The position numbers and the translations under genes are program-made. Under the pieces are notes generated by a model. That model searched no databases. It was not told the origin of the DNA and was given only the letters and a program-made list of their open reading frames with translations. A stretch of 64,000 bases of DNA from an uncultured delta proteobacterium (GTDB taxonomy: Bacteria; Myxococcota_A; Polyangia; Fen-1088). Of this stretch, positions 54,631 to 64,000 are shown in pieces. The stretch spans positions 1 to 64,000 of the forward strand of contig CAVYGB010000006.1 in the NCBI GenBank assembly GCA_963767925.1, read 5' to 3'. The stretch's first letter is position 1; every line of letters begins with the position of its first letter.

Positions 54631-55609
54631 TCAGTACAGGCGGGCGCGGCGCAGGAGATACACGATGGCGACGGTGCTGGCGGCGGCCAGGGTCCAGAAG
54701 AAGGCGTAGCCGTAGCGCCACTGCGTCGGGCAAGAAGCGGAAGTTCATGCCATAGATCCCGACCAGGAAGGTCAGGGGCAGGAACACGAAGCTCACCGCC
54801 GTCAGCCGGCGCATGGCCTGGCCGGTCCGGTGGCTGGTCATCGACATGTGCAGGTTCAACGACTCCGACAGGATGTCCCGGTCGACGAGCATGTCCTGGA
54901 TCAGGTGGTCGACCGTCCCGACCATGTTGAGCAGGAAGCGCTGGGTGGCCTCCGAGAGGAACAGCGACCGCCGGGTGGCCATGTCGGCGAGCGCCGCCCG
55001 GGCGGGCAGCAGCAGCTTGCGGAAGTGCAGCAGGTCGGCGCCGAGGGCGGACAGGCGGCGGAAGATCGCCTCGTCGACCTCCGCCGCGTGCAGCTCCCGC
55101 TGCACCCGCTCGACCCGCTCGCCCATGGCGCTCTGGGCGGCCAGGTACCCCTCGAGCAGGTGATCCCACAGCTCGTAGATCAGGAAGCTGGGGCTGCGGG
55201 CGAAGCGCAGGAAGTCGCCGCGGTAGTCCCGGCGCACCGCCTCGATCAGCTCGGACCGCCCTCGGTGGAAGGTGAGCAGGAACTTCTCGCCGAGGGTGGC
55301 GCTCACCCGCTCGAGGGCGAGGGGGTTGTCGCCGCCGGCCCGGCAGCCCGAGACGATGAGGTGCAGGTGGTCGTCGTGACGCGCGTAGTGGACAGCCGGC
55401 TCCTCGCGCAGGGCGCTCTCGACGACCTCGTCGCCCACCAGGCCCAGCGCGCGCAGCAGGGTCCGGGCCTCCTGCTCGGCGGCGGCCTCGACGTCGATCC
55501 AGACGAAGCGGCCGCTCGCGAGAGCGGCGCCCACCGCGCCGACCGGGATGACCCGCTCCTGCTTGGCCTCGAAGTCCAGCTCGACAACGACGACGGCGCT
55601 TCCGTCCAC
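54631..55609 (-). CDS. corA: CorA family Mg2+ transporter (frameshift near 54722)
   Basis: VWID, LTAVSFVFLPLTFLVGIYGMNF. Final TM (WRYGYAFFW) lies in another frame. Confidence 0.88.
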
Positions 55610-55643
55610 CCCGCCATCATCGCAGCTTCGTGTTTCCGGCGCG

Positions 55644-57194
55644 CTACCAGGCGCCGCGGTTGATGAGGACGACCAGCTCGGTGCGGTGGGCCTTGGTGGC
55701 GGGGTAGTGGAGGACGATGTCGCTCTTGCCCTGGCGGTCCAGGTCCACCGCCTCGAGGGTGCCGAAGCCGGGGGCCTCGATCTGCTCGAGGGCCTCGTCG
55801 CCGAACAGGCCGGCCGCGCTGGTGCCGGGGAAGATCGAGATCTCGTCGTCGTCGGTGGCGAAGGCCAGGTCGGGGCGCCGGTCGCCGTTGTAGTCGCCGC
55901 GCAGGTCGGCGGCCTGGACGCCGGTCTCACCCGAGAGCGACAGCCGGAACTTGAGCTGGCGCTCGGCGGCCGGCTGCTGGGCGAAGCGGCGGGCCCGGAC
56001 GTCGAAGGGGAAGACCTGGAAGTTGACCTTGACCGACTTGGTGGTCAGCACCCGGATGATGGCCATGACCCCGATGTTCACCGAGGGGACCACCAGGTCG
56101 GTGCGGCCGTCGCCGGTGACGTCGAACAGCTCCACCTCGGTGCCGCTGACCCCCTCGTTGCGGATCACCTGATCCGGGCGGGCGGCGTACACCCCACCCC
56201 GGCGGCCGAAGTAGACGAAGCTGGTGGTGGCGGCCGAGGTGATGCCACGGGCGACCTGCTTGCGCACCACCACGTCGGCCAGGCCGTCGAGATCGACGTC
56301 GGTCACGGTGGTGGCGGCGGCGCTGCTCATGCCGGTCAGCTCGGCCGCCGTGCGCACGGCGAAGTCGCGCTGCAGGCTGGGCTGGGGGGCGAAGGCGTAG
56401 GGCGCCGTCTGGCGGTAGACGGCCAGGCGGTCCTCGAGGGCGGCGACGATGTCCTTGCGGCCGTCGCCGTCGGTGTCGGCCACGGTGAGCATCGGGAAGG
56501 CGTAGGTGATGTGCACCGTCCCCAGCGCGCCGCTGGCCCGGGGGCGCCCGCGCCCGTAGTTGCGGCCGCGCGCGTCCATCGCCACCTGCAGGCGGGCGGC
56601 CCGGACGTGGGCCTCCCCCTCGCGCCGGTACAGCTCCAGCCCGCCCAGCACGGGGACCAGCAGGTCCCGGACCGGGCCCGGACCGACCTGCTGGGCCAGC
56701 GGGAGCCGCGGCAGGTCGCCCGGCACCGGCTGGTAGTAGATGGTCGCGGTCTTGACGAGGTCGACCGCGGCGCCGACCTGGCGGCCGCGCAGGCTGCGGG
56801 CCTGGACCCCCGCCGGCGTCACGATCAGCACCTCGGCGCCCGGCACGCCGTCGATGTCGGCGATGTCGAAGGCGCAGCTCGCCCCGTCGTCGAGAGGAAT
56901 GACCGCGTCGGGGCTGGCCGAGAAGGCGCGCCCCTGGTTCCAGAACACGGCCAGCCGGCGCCGCTGGCTGGGCGGCAGTCCCGTGCGGTAGGGGGCGAGC
57001 AGGTCGAGCCGCCCGTCGCCGTCGAGGTCGGCCGGCACCACCGCCAGGGCGTCCCCGTCGAGCGACAGGCGCCGGGCCTCGAAGCGCGCGTCGGCGAGGG
57101 CGCCGGCGGGCGCCAGCGCGACGAAGGCCAGGGACAGGGTCGAGGCCAGGGCGACGGCACCCGGGCCAGCAGAAGAGCGGCGCCCGGCGCTCAC
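55644..57194 (-). CDS. Secreted FG-GAP/VCBS repeat protein
   Basis: Signal peptide, repeated DLDGDGRLD/DTDGDGRKD/DYNGDRRPD motifs. Confidence 0.85.
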   Translation of the reverse strand: MSAGRRSSAGPGAVALASTLSLAFVALAPAGALADARFEARRLSLDGDALAVVPADLDGDGRLDLLAPYRTGLPPSQRRRLAVFWNQGRAFSASPDAVIPLDDGASCAFDIADIDGVPGAEVLIVTPAGVQARSLRGRQVGAAVDLVKTATIYYQPVPGDLPRLPLAQQVGPGPVRDLLVPVLGGLELYRREGEAHVRAARLQVAMDARGRNYGRGRPRASGALGTVHITYAFPMLTVADTDGDGRKDIVAALEDRLAVYRQTAPYAFAPQPSLQRDFAVRTAAELTGMSSAAATTVTDVDLDGLADVVVRKQVARGITSAATTSFVYFGRRGGVYAARPDQVIRNEGVSGTEVELFDVTGDGRTDLVVPSVNIGVMAIIRVLTTKSVKVNFQVFPFDVRARRFAQQPAAERQLKFRLSLSGETGVQAADLRGDYNGDRRPDLAFATDDDEISIFPGTSAAGLFGDEALEQIEAPGFGTLEAVDLDRQGKSDIVLHYPATKAHRTELVVLINRGAW

Positions 57195-57991
57195 GTGACC
57201 ACGTCCGCCCGGCGCAGCGCCAGCGCGCCACCCCCCAGCCCGAGCAGCAGCCAGAGCAGGCAGACCGCGCTGGCCTGCCCGGCCCCCTCCCCCGCCCGGT
57301 GGGCGGCGATGCCCTGGGCCAGCTCGGCCACCCGGTCGAGCGGCGCGGTCACCGTGGACAGCGGCAGCAGGCGCTCGGCCGCGGGCCAGCGGGTCAGCGC
57401 GAGCAACGCCGCCGCCAGCAAGGTGGCGCCGACAACCGCCCCCGCCGGCCGCCCGGTCGCGATGCCCACCGCCCCGCCGAGGACCACCGCCGCCACCTGC
57501 GCCAGCAGGGAGAGCGCGATGGCGACGAGGAGCTGGCCGAAGAGAAAGCCGGCGCCGGCCAGGACGTGGTCCCCGTCGGTTGTCGGCCCCGCCCCGAAGC
57601 GGGCGAACCCGACCGCCAGGGCCCCCGCGCAGGCGGCGAGGAAGACCAGGCACTGGCCCCCGGCCAGCGCCGCGAGGCGGCCGGTCAGCCACGCGCCGCG
57701 GTCGACCGGGCGGCACAGGACGGTCCGCAGCAGGCCGCTCGTCTGATCACCCGCCACCGCGCCGGCCGCGTGCAAGGCCCCCACCGCCGCGGAGGTGAGC
57801 GCCGCGCCCGAGCAGGCCGCCGCGGCCAGGTAATAGCCGGAGGTCGCCCCGAGCAGGCCGCTCGACACCGCCGCACCCAGCCCCAGGGCGTAGCCGGCCG
57901 CCAGCAGGGCCGCCAGGGGCAGCAGCAGCGGGGCCCGCCCACCGGTCAGGCGCAGCCACTCGGCCGCCAGCGCGCGCGCAAGACCGGTCAC
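57191..57991 (-). CDS. ABC-2 type transporter permease
   Basis: LAAEWLRL, GLLRTVLCRPVDR, six hydrophobic segments, RRADV C-terminus. Confidence 0.85.
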   Translation of the reverse strand: MTGLARALAAEWLRLTGGRAPLLLPLAALLAAGYALGLGAAVSSGLLGATSGYYLAAAACSGAALTSAAVGALHAAGAVAGDQTSGLLRTVLCRPVDRGAWLTGRLAALAGGQCLVFLAACAGALAVGFARFGAGPTTDGDHVLAGAGFLFGQLLVAIALSLLAQVAAVVLGGAVGIATGRPAGAVVGATLLAAALLALTRWPAAERLLPLSTVTAPLDRVAELAQGIAAHRAGEGAGQASAVCLLWLLLGLGGGALALRRADVVT

Positions 57992-58743
57992 GTCGCCACC
58001 AGCGGCTGCCCCTCGCCGGCCGGGCCGGGGCCGAGGGCGTCCTCCGCCGTGAGGAGGTGAAACTGCCGGGCCAGCGCCCCCGGCGCGGCAGGATCCACCG
58101 CCAGAGTGGCCGCCACCCGACCGCGGGCCAGGATCGCCACCCGGTCGCTGGTGCGCTCCACCTCGTCGAGCAGGTGGCTCGAGACCAGCACGCCGGCCCC
58201 GCCGGCCGCCAGCCGCCGCACCAGGCTGCCCAGCTCGCGGATGCCCGCCGGATCCAGACCGTTCAGCGGCTCGTCGAGCACCAGCAGGCGGGGCCGCCCG
58301 AGCAGCGCGCCGGCGATGCCCAGGCGCTGCTTCATCCCGTGCGACAGGTGCCGCACCCGCCGGTCCGCCACCGCCGTCAGGCCCACCTCGCCCAGCACCT
58401 CGTCGACGCGGCTGGTCGGGACGCCGGGGTGGTACAGCCGCAGGTAACGCAGCGCCTGCCGGCAGGTCAGATCGGGCGGAAGCGCCGGGCCCTCCACCAG
58501 GAACCCGGCCGCCGAGAGGGCGGCCAGCCGATCCGAGGCCAGGTCGTGGCCGGCGATGCGGATCTGCCCCCGGTCGGGGCGCACCAGCCCGGCGATGGCC
58601 CGCAAGGTGGTGCTCTTGCCCGCGCCGTTGGGCCCCAGCAGCCCCACCACCTCCCCCGCCGCCACCTGCAGCGTCACCTCCGCGACCGCGACGGCGCCAC
58701 GGAAGCGCTTGGCGATGCCGGCCACCTCCAGAAGGCTGGACAC
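57988..58743 (-). CDS. ABC transporter ATP-binding protein
   Basis: GPNGAGKST, LSHGMKQRL, LDEP, SSH. Confidence 0.93.
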   Translation of the reverse strand: MSSLLEVAGIAKRFRGAVAVAEVTLQVAAGEVVGLLGPNGAGKSTTLRAIAGLVRPDRGQIRIAGHDLASDRLAALSAAGFLVEGPALPPDLTCRQALRYLRLYHPGVPTSRVDEVLGEVGLTAVADRRVRHLSHGMKQRLGIAGALLGRPRLLVLDEPLNGLDPAGIRELGSLVRRLAAGGAGVLVSSHLLDEVERTSDRVAILARGRVAATLAVDPAAPGALARQFHLLTAEDALGPGPAGEGQPLVAT

Positions 58744-58777
58744 GGCCGCAGTATATGCGAGCCCGGCCCCCGCGGGC

Positions 58778-60604
58778 TCAGCGGTCGGCGCACCAGAGCG
58801 CGGCGGCGTCGAACAGGCGCCAGCCGTTTTCGGTGAGGGCGCGGATGACCCGGCCGTTGCCCATGAACGACAGCCCCACCCGCCGGGCCCCGGCCGTGCC
58901 GGCCGCGGTCGGGCTGCCCCGCTCGTAGGCGAACATCAGGGCGGCCAGCTCGCGGGCCCCCGGGTAGGTCGCGATCACGGTGGCGGTGGCGGGAGGCGCG
59001 GCCCAGCGCATGTTGAGGGCGCTGGCGAACACGCGAACGTTACCGCTGAGACCTCCGGCCAGCGGGTGGCTCGGATCCTGGATCAGGATCTCGGCCAGCG
59101 GCGGGGCCGGGCCCACGTCGCGGCGCCAGCGGGTCCCGGTGAGGCCGAGCTGCTCGAACCCGGTCGACTCGAGCACCAGCATCGGGACCGCCAGCTCGGC
59201 GAACCAGACCCGGAGCTGCTTTGTCGCGACCGACGAGGACAGCACGATCAGGCTCACCGCCCGGGCCTGCTCGAGCGACAGGGTCCCGGCGTCGACGACG
59301 CTGACCTGGAAGCCGAGCCGCTCGAGGCGGACCTTGAGGCGCTCCTCGCTGCCGCGCAGCCCCTCGGGAGGCGGCGGCTCCTCCTTCGTGTCGTCGGGCC
59401 CGACCAGCAGCAGGGCCTCGCGCGCGGTCTGGGCCCGCGGCGGCTGCAGCTCCTCGGCGCTCACCAGGGCGAGCTGGCCCGCCTCCACGTCGGTGCCCCG
59501 CTGCACGCCGAGGGCCGAGACGCGCGCGCGGCCCTCGCGCACCTCCACCCGGGTCAGCGCGCTGGCGACGTCGATCCGCACCGTCCCCGTCCCGCTGACG
59601 ATGGCGTGGGGGGAGGCGAGCAGGAGGGTGGGACCGCGGGTCCCCGCCGGCACCACCGCGGTGGCGCGCCCGCTGGCCACGAACACCCGGGCCTCGGCCT
59701 GACCGGAGGCATCGGGGGACAGACCGACGACAGCGTCGCCGGCCAGCTCGATCCGGCTGCCACCCGGGCCGTGGACGCGCGCCCGGGCGGTGGAGCCCGA
59801 GGTCGACACCCAGTCGCCGGCCGCCAGCTCCAGCTCGGGCGCCGCCCGGCGGGTGCCGTCGGCGGCGTGCCGGTAGACCGGACCCTCGATCGCCTCGAGG
59901 CGGGCGAACCCCGGACGCGGACCGGCGCCCTCCCGTTGCCAGCGGGGGGCCGGGCTGGCGCTCGGTGGGGCCGGGCTCCGGGAGGCGGCGAAGCGGCCGC
60001 CGCTCTCCCCGGGGGAGGCACCCGGCGGGGGGGCGGTGCCCGGCTCGAGCCGGGGCAGCAGGATCAGCAGCGCCGCCGCCGCGCTGGCGACCAGCACCGA
60101 GGCGGCCAGCACCCGTGAGGTGCGGCGGGAGGCAGGAGGCGGCGCGGCCGGCCGGCCGGGACGCGCGCGCCCCGCCGGCGGAACCTCGCCGCCCGGTCGG
60201 CGCCCGGCCGGGACCGCCGGCTCGCTGCCGGTGCGCAGGCGCGCCCCCGGGGCCACCCGGGCCGGCTCGGCGCGCGCGGCCGCCTTGGCCTCGAGCTGCT
60301 TGCGGACGGCCGCCACGACCTCCTCGGTGCGGGTCGACGCCGCCACCAGGGCCTTCACGGCGTCGACGATGCCGTCGTCGCCCCGCTCGATCTCGGCGGC
60401 GGCGCGCAGCACCCCGTCGAGCTGCAGGTCGTGGACCAGCCGCCGGCGGAACACCTCGTCGCGCTCGAGCGCCGCCGCCAGCGTGGTCCGCTCGGCCGCG
60501 CCCAGGAGCTCGCCCGCGATGAACCGCGTCCAGAGCTCCTCGAGCATCGCCCTCTCTTCGTCGGTCACGGTGTCACCCCCCGGTCCCCCGCCCTCATGAC
60601 TCAC
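58778..60604 (-). CDS. FecR-type anti-sigma factor with additional C-terminal periplasmic domain
   Basis: N-terminal anti-sigma helices, TM, FecR-like TRVEVREGR, C-terminal HPLAGGLSG..ARRVG..GWRLFDAA domain. Overlaps the ECF gene. Confidence 0.8.
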   Translation of the reverse strand: MSHEGGGPGGDTVTDEERAMLEELWTRFIAGELLGAAERTTLAAALERDEVFRRRLVHDLQLDGVLRAAAEIERGDDGIVDAVKALVAASTRTEEVVAAVRKQLEAKAAARAEPARVAPGARLRTGSEPAVPAGRRPGGEVPPAGRARPGRPAAPPPASRRTSRVLAASVLVASAAAALLILLPRLEPGTAPPPGASPGESGGRFAASRSPAPPSASPAPRWQREGAGPRPGFARLEAIEGPVYRHAADGTRRAAPELELAAGDWVSTSGSTARARVHGPGGSRIELAGDAVVGLSPDASGQAEARVFVASGRATAVVPAGTRGPTLLLASPHAIVSGTGTVRIDVASALTRVEVREGRARVSALGVQRGTDVEAGQLALVSAEELQPPRAQTAREALLLVGPDDTKEEPPPPEGLRGSEERLKVRLERLGFQVSVVDAGTLSLEQARAVSLIVLSSSVATKQLRVWFAELAVPMLVLESTGFEQLGLTGTRWRRDVGPAPPLAEILIQDPSHPLAGGLSGNVRVFASALNMRWAAPPATATVIATYPGARELAALMFAYERGSPTAAGTAGARRVGLSFMGNGRVIRALTENGWRLFDAAALWCADR

Positions 60605-61184
60605 CGGTGGCCGCCACCCGGCGGCGCACGCAGTCTCGCAAAGCCTCGCGCAGGCGCAAAAGCGTCATGCGCAGCGTACTATCGTTCTTGCGCTCCTCGG
60701 CAGCCAGCTCCGTGATGGGGCGGCCCTTGAAGTAGTGCTCGCGAATCAGGCGGGCCCCCAGCGGGGGCAACTTGCGGATGCACTGGCGGAGCGCCTCGAG
60801 CTCGAGGCCCCGGCGGGACTCCTCGTCGTCTCCCTCGAGGATGGAGAGCTGGGTGCGGTCGAGCAGGGCCTCCAGCGCGTCGGGCGCGGGCAGCCGCGGG
60901 CGCAGCCGCTCGCGCAGGTGCTCGAGGGCCCGGTTGCGGGCGATCCCCAGCAGCCAGGCCCGGAAGGCGGTCCCGTCGCGCAAGGTGCTCAGGCGGTCGA
61001 AGGCCCGCAGAAACACGTCCTGCACGAGATCGTCGATGACGTCGGGGTCGCGCAGGTGGGCGCTCAGGAACACCCGCACGCCCGGGTGGTGGGCCCGCAC
61101 CAGCTCGGAGAAGGCGTCCACGTCTCCGCGGCGCGCGCGTTCGAGCTGCGACTCCTCGGTGGGCTCGGAGCGGGGGCGGTCCAT
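60594..61184 (-). CDS. ECF sigma factor
   Basis: DDLVQDVFL, FRAWLLGIARN, region 4 CIRKLP..LLRLREALRDC. Confidence 0.92.
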   Translation of the reverse strand: MDRPRSEPTEESQLERARRGDVDAFSELVRAHHPGVRVFLSAHLRDPDVIDDLVQDVFLRAFDRLSTLRDGTAFRAWLLGIARNRALEHLRERLRPRLPAPDALEALLDRTQLSILEGDDEESRRGLELEALRQCIRKLPPLGARLIREHYFKGRPITELAAEERKNDSTLRMTLLRLREALRDCVRRRVAATGES

Positions 61185-61269
61185 GGCGTTCCTTGGATCC
61201 TGACAACTTCCGGGCCGCGCGCCTTGACGCGCGGCCCGAGGAGCCGCCCCCGATCCCGTCTCTGGTGGT

Positions 61270-62646
61270 TTAGGCCTTCAGCCCCGGCCAGGTGGCGCCG
61301 AAGGGCGACGGCACGCCCATCGCCTGGCAGATGTCGGTCATGACGCCGTTGAGCGGCTTGCCCGCGCTGGGGGCGCACTGGCCCGTCGCGAAGTAGCCGC
61401 CCCCCTTGCCTGCCAGCACCCAGGGGATCTTCGTCTCGTCGTGGTTGGAGCCGTCCTGCATGTGATTGCCGAACAGGACCACGCTGTTGTCGAACATGGT
61501 GCCGCCCTCGGCCGGGACCGCCTTCAGCATGACGATGAAGTCGGCGAGCTGCTGCATCATCCAGCGGTCGACCAGGCGCTTGTGGTCGACGCCCTGGAAC
61601 ACCGGGTTGTGGCCCACGTCGTGGTAGTTGCGGAACTGGCTCTTGTAGCCGGTGCCGCGGGCCGGGATGCCCTCCACGAACCCGAAGTTGATGTTGTTGC
61701 CCGACGAGTCGCTCAGCTGCACGGTCGCGACGTTGGTCACCCCGCACTTGAGCGACTGGACGATCAGGCTCATGTGGGCCCGGAGGATGTCCGGGTACTT
61801 GAGGCCGTCCTTGAGGTCGATCATGGTGCCCGGCGTCCCGCCGCAGGCGGCGTTGTTGGTGCTGCCGGCCGACTGGAGCTGGGTCTCGAGGTCCCGCACC
61901 GACTGGAAGTGGGCCTCGATCGACAGCTTGTCGTCGCTGCCCAGGCGGGCCTTGAAGGCCGTCAGGTTGCGACCGACGTAGTCGAGGATGCTCTTGCGCT
62001 GGATCATGAGCCGCTTGACCGCCGGATCCTCCGCCCCCCCGTTGGCCCCCCCGGCGACGGGCGCGCCGCCGAAGATCTCCATGTAGGTGGCGTAGGGGTC
62101 GCCGATCGGGTTGATCGGCTGGCCGCGACCCAGCCAGAAGCAGCGGCTGGAGCCCGGCGCGGGGCTGGACTGCGGCGCCCGCTCGAGCTGCACGTGCAGG
62201 GGCAAGGTGACCCGGCCGCTCTCGCTCTTGGGCAGGCCCGAGCCGATGATCTGGTCGATGGTCTTGCTCTTGGGCTCCTTGTAGCTGCCCTTGACCCCCG
62301 GCTCGAGGCCCCAGTACACGCAGCCGTAAGAGCCGTGGCCACCGCCGCCGCCCGGCCCGGTGAAGCCCGGGTTGGACAGGTCGGGGAGGATGATGACGTC
62401 GGACTTGTGCGGCTCGAGCGGCGCCGTCGAGAAGGGCAGCGTCTGGTTGGCCAGCGCGCCCGTGCTGGGCTTCCAGTCACTCTGGCGGTAGCCCTCGGAG
62501 GTGGCGAAGAGCACGAAGCTCTTGCGCGGGCCGGCCGCCTGGGCGCGGGCCGGACGGGACCGCAGCAGCGGAAGACAGGCCGCGCCGACCCCCAGGCCCT
62601 TGATCAGATCTCGGCGAGCGAGCGACCAGTTCTTCATCATCTTCAT
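61270..62646 (-). CDS. DUF1552 family Tat-exported protein
   Basis: ARRDLIK Tat signal, RKSILDYV, LKCGVTNVA, HDVGHNP, NHMQDGSNH. Confidence 0.9.
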   Translation of the reverse strand: MKMMKNWSLARRDLIKGLGVGAACLPLLRSRPARAQAAGPRKSFVLFATSEGYRQSDWKPSTGALANQTLPFSTAPLEPHKSDVIILPDLSNPGFTGPGGGGGHGSYGCVYWGLEPGVKGSYKEPKSKTIDQIIGSGLPKSESGRVTLPLHVQLERAPQSSPAPGSSRCFWLGRGQPINPIGDPYATYMEIFGGAPVAGGANGGAEDPAVKRLMIQRKSILDYVGRNLTAFKARLGSDDKLSIEAHFQSVRDLETQLQSAGSTNNAACGGTPGTMIDLKDGLKYPDILRAHMSLIVQSLKCGVTNVATVQLSDSSGNNINFGFVEGIPARGTGYKSQFRNYHDVGHNPVFQGVDHKRLVDRWMMQQLADFIVMLKAVPAEGGTMFDNSVVLFGNHMQDGSNHDETKIPWVLAGKGGGYFATGQCAPSAGKPLNGVMTDICQAMGVPSPFGATWPGLKA

Positions 62647-64000
62647 GGCAACACCTCATCGAGCGACGGCTTGCGGTGGGAGAAGGCGCGGGTCCTGGTG
62701 AAGGCGACGAGCAGCTCGCGCATGTCGTGGCCCGACTGCTGGAAGGCCTCACGGACCAGCTTCAGCGACGGCTCTTCGCTCGGCAGCTCGCCCCGTCGGA
62801 GGGCGTAACGCCACCACTGGGTCACCATGCAGTCCTGCACCTCGGGGGTCTTGGCGAGCTGCGGGAGCAGCTCGATGGCGTTCTTGAACTTCAGCTCACC
62901 GGAGCCGAGCGGGAACACGCCGCTGGCATCGACCGGCTTGCCCGCGTCGGTGGTGCGGTAGGCCCCGATGGCGTCGTAGTTCTCGAAGGCGAAACCGATC
63001 GGATCGAGCAGCTTGTGGCAGGTCGCGCAGGCCGAATCGCTGTGGACCGACACGCGCTCGCGGGTGGTCTGCCCGGGCAGGGGCTCGGGCAGGGGCGGGA
63101 TCACGATGTTGGCCGGCACCTCGAGGTGCATGCAGAGCAGCTTGCTCAGCATCGAATCGCCCCGCTTGATGGGGTGCGAGTCGATGGCGTCGGCCTTGAC
63201 CGAGAGGAAGGTCCCCTGGGTAAAGAGGCCCGAGCGCTGGGCCGGGTCGAAGGTGACCGGCTTGAGGTCGTTGCCGGTGACGTCCTTGAGGCCGTAGATC
63301 TTGGCCAGCGCGGCGTTGGCGAAGGAGGCGTTCGAGGTGAGCAGGGTCTCCAGCTTGCCGTCGGCCTTGGGGCCGAGGAACACGCTGGCCACGAACTCCC
63401 GCGTCTCCTTCAGCATCGCCTGGGCGACCTCGGGGTTGTAGTCGGTGAGCGAGGGGTCCTTGGGCATGTCGGCCAGGCCGCCCATGCTCAGCCACTGCAG
63501 GTGGAAGTCGTTGAGGGCGTCGCTGGCCCGCGCATCGGCCAGCAGGCGGCGCGCCTCGGCGGCGACCTGGTCGGGCGTGCTGAGCTTGCCGCCGTCGGCC
63601 GCGGCGAACAGCTTGTCGTCCGGCATCGAGGACCAGAACAAGTAGGACAGCCGGGAGGCGACCTCGTGCTGGTTGAAGCGGATGAGCTGGCCTTCCTTGA
63701 GCGGCGCGGCCGGCCCGAGCTCCCAGCGGTAGAGGAAATACGGCGACTGCAACATGGCCGTCACGACGTTGGCGATGGCCTGCGGGAAGGTCGCGCCGGC
63801 GTCGGGGGCGCGCTGGGCCCGGTAAAGGCCGCGAGCATCTTCCAGCTCGGCGTCGGTCAGCGGGCGGCGGTAGGCCCGGCGCCCGAAGCCAGCGATGAAC
63901 TTGTCGGCGCAGGCGTCCTGCTCGGGGGCCGCGGCCGGCACCGGCGCGCAGGGCAGGAGCGCGGGGACCTGCTGCAGGGCCGCGGCCGAGAGCTCCTCGG
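62643..64000 (-). CDS. DUF1592/DUF1588 family protein with CxxCH (5' end outside window)
   Basis: AYRRPL, LQSPYFLYR, ASRLSY, CATCH..DPIGFAFENYDAIGAYR. Confidence 0.9.
   Translation of the reverse strand, partial: EELSAAALQQVPALLPCAPVPAAAPEQDACADKFIAGFGRRAYRRPLTDAELEDARGLYRAQRAPDAGATFPQAIANVVTAMLQSPYFLYRWELGPAAPLKEGQLIRFNQHEVASRLSYLFWSSMPDDKLFAAADGGKLSTPDQVAAEARRLLADARASDALNDFHLQWLSMGGLADMPKDPSLTDYNPEVAQAMLKETREFVASVFLGPKADGKLETLLTSNASFANAALAKIYGLKDVTGNDLKPVTFDPAQRSGLFTQGTFLSVKADAIDSHPIKRGDSMLSKLLCMHLEVPANIVIPPLPEPLPGQTTRERVSVHSDSACATCHKLLDPIGFAFENYDAIGAYRTTDAGKPVDASGVFPLGSGELKFKNAIELLPQLAKTPEVQDCMVTQWWRYALRRGELPSEEPSLKLVREAFQQSGHDMRELLVAFTRTRAFSHRKPSLDEVLP

Overview
High-GC bacterial window whose gene content points to a myxobacterium (Myxococcota): DUF1592/DUF1552 pairs, Gly-rich and Cys-rich lipoproteins, and a TPR-lipoprotein pair. 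Many genes carry single-base frameshifts, so some apparent pseudogenes are probably long-read assembly errors. The left part (~1-28.7 kb) looks accessory. It holds an ECF42/YciI stress cluster, an HD-domain/LuxR regulator split by an IS21 element that is itself split by an IS3-like element (both target duplications visible), a REC-GGDEF plus CHASE-PAS hybrid kinase operon, an intact second HD-LuxR gene, and a displaced tRNA 3' fragment with arm-like repeats and a Xis-like HTH gene (island junction). The right part holds two DUF1592-DUF1552 modules: one flanked by two PL7/plant citrate-binding-protein-like lipoproteins, the other followed by an ECF sigma, a FecR-type anti-sigma with an extra C-terminal domain, an ABC system and an FG-GAP protein. 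It also holds a REP-associated tyrosine transposase with dispersed REP-like hairpins, and ECF42- and SigG-type promoter motifs readable directly in the sequence. No rRNA, intact tRNA or CRISPR array was found. Family assignments come from motif recognition, not database searches.
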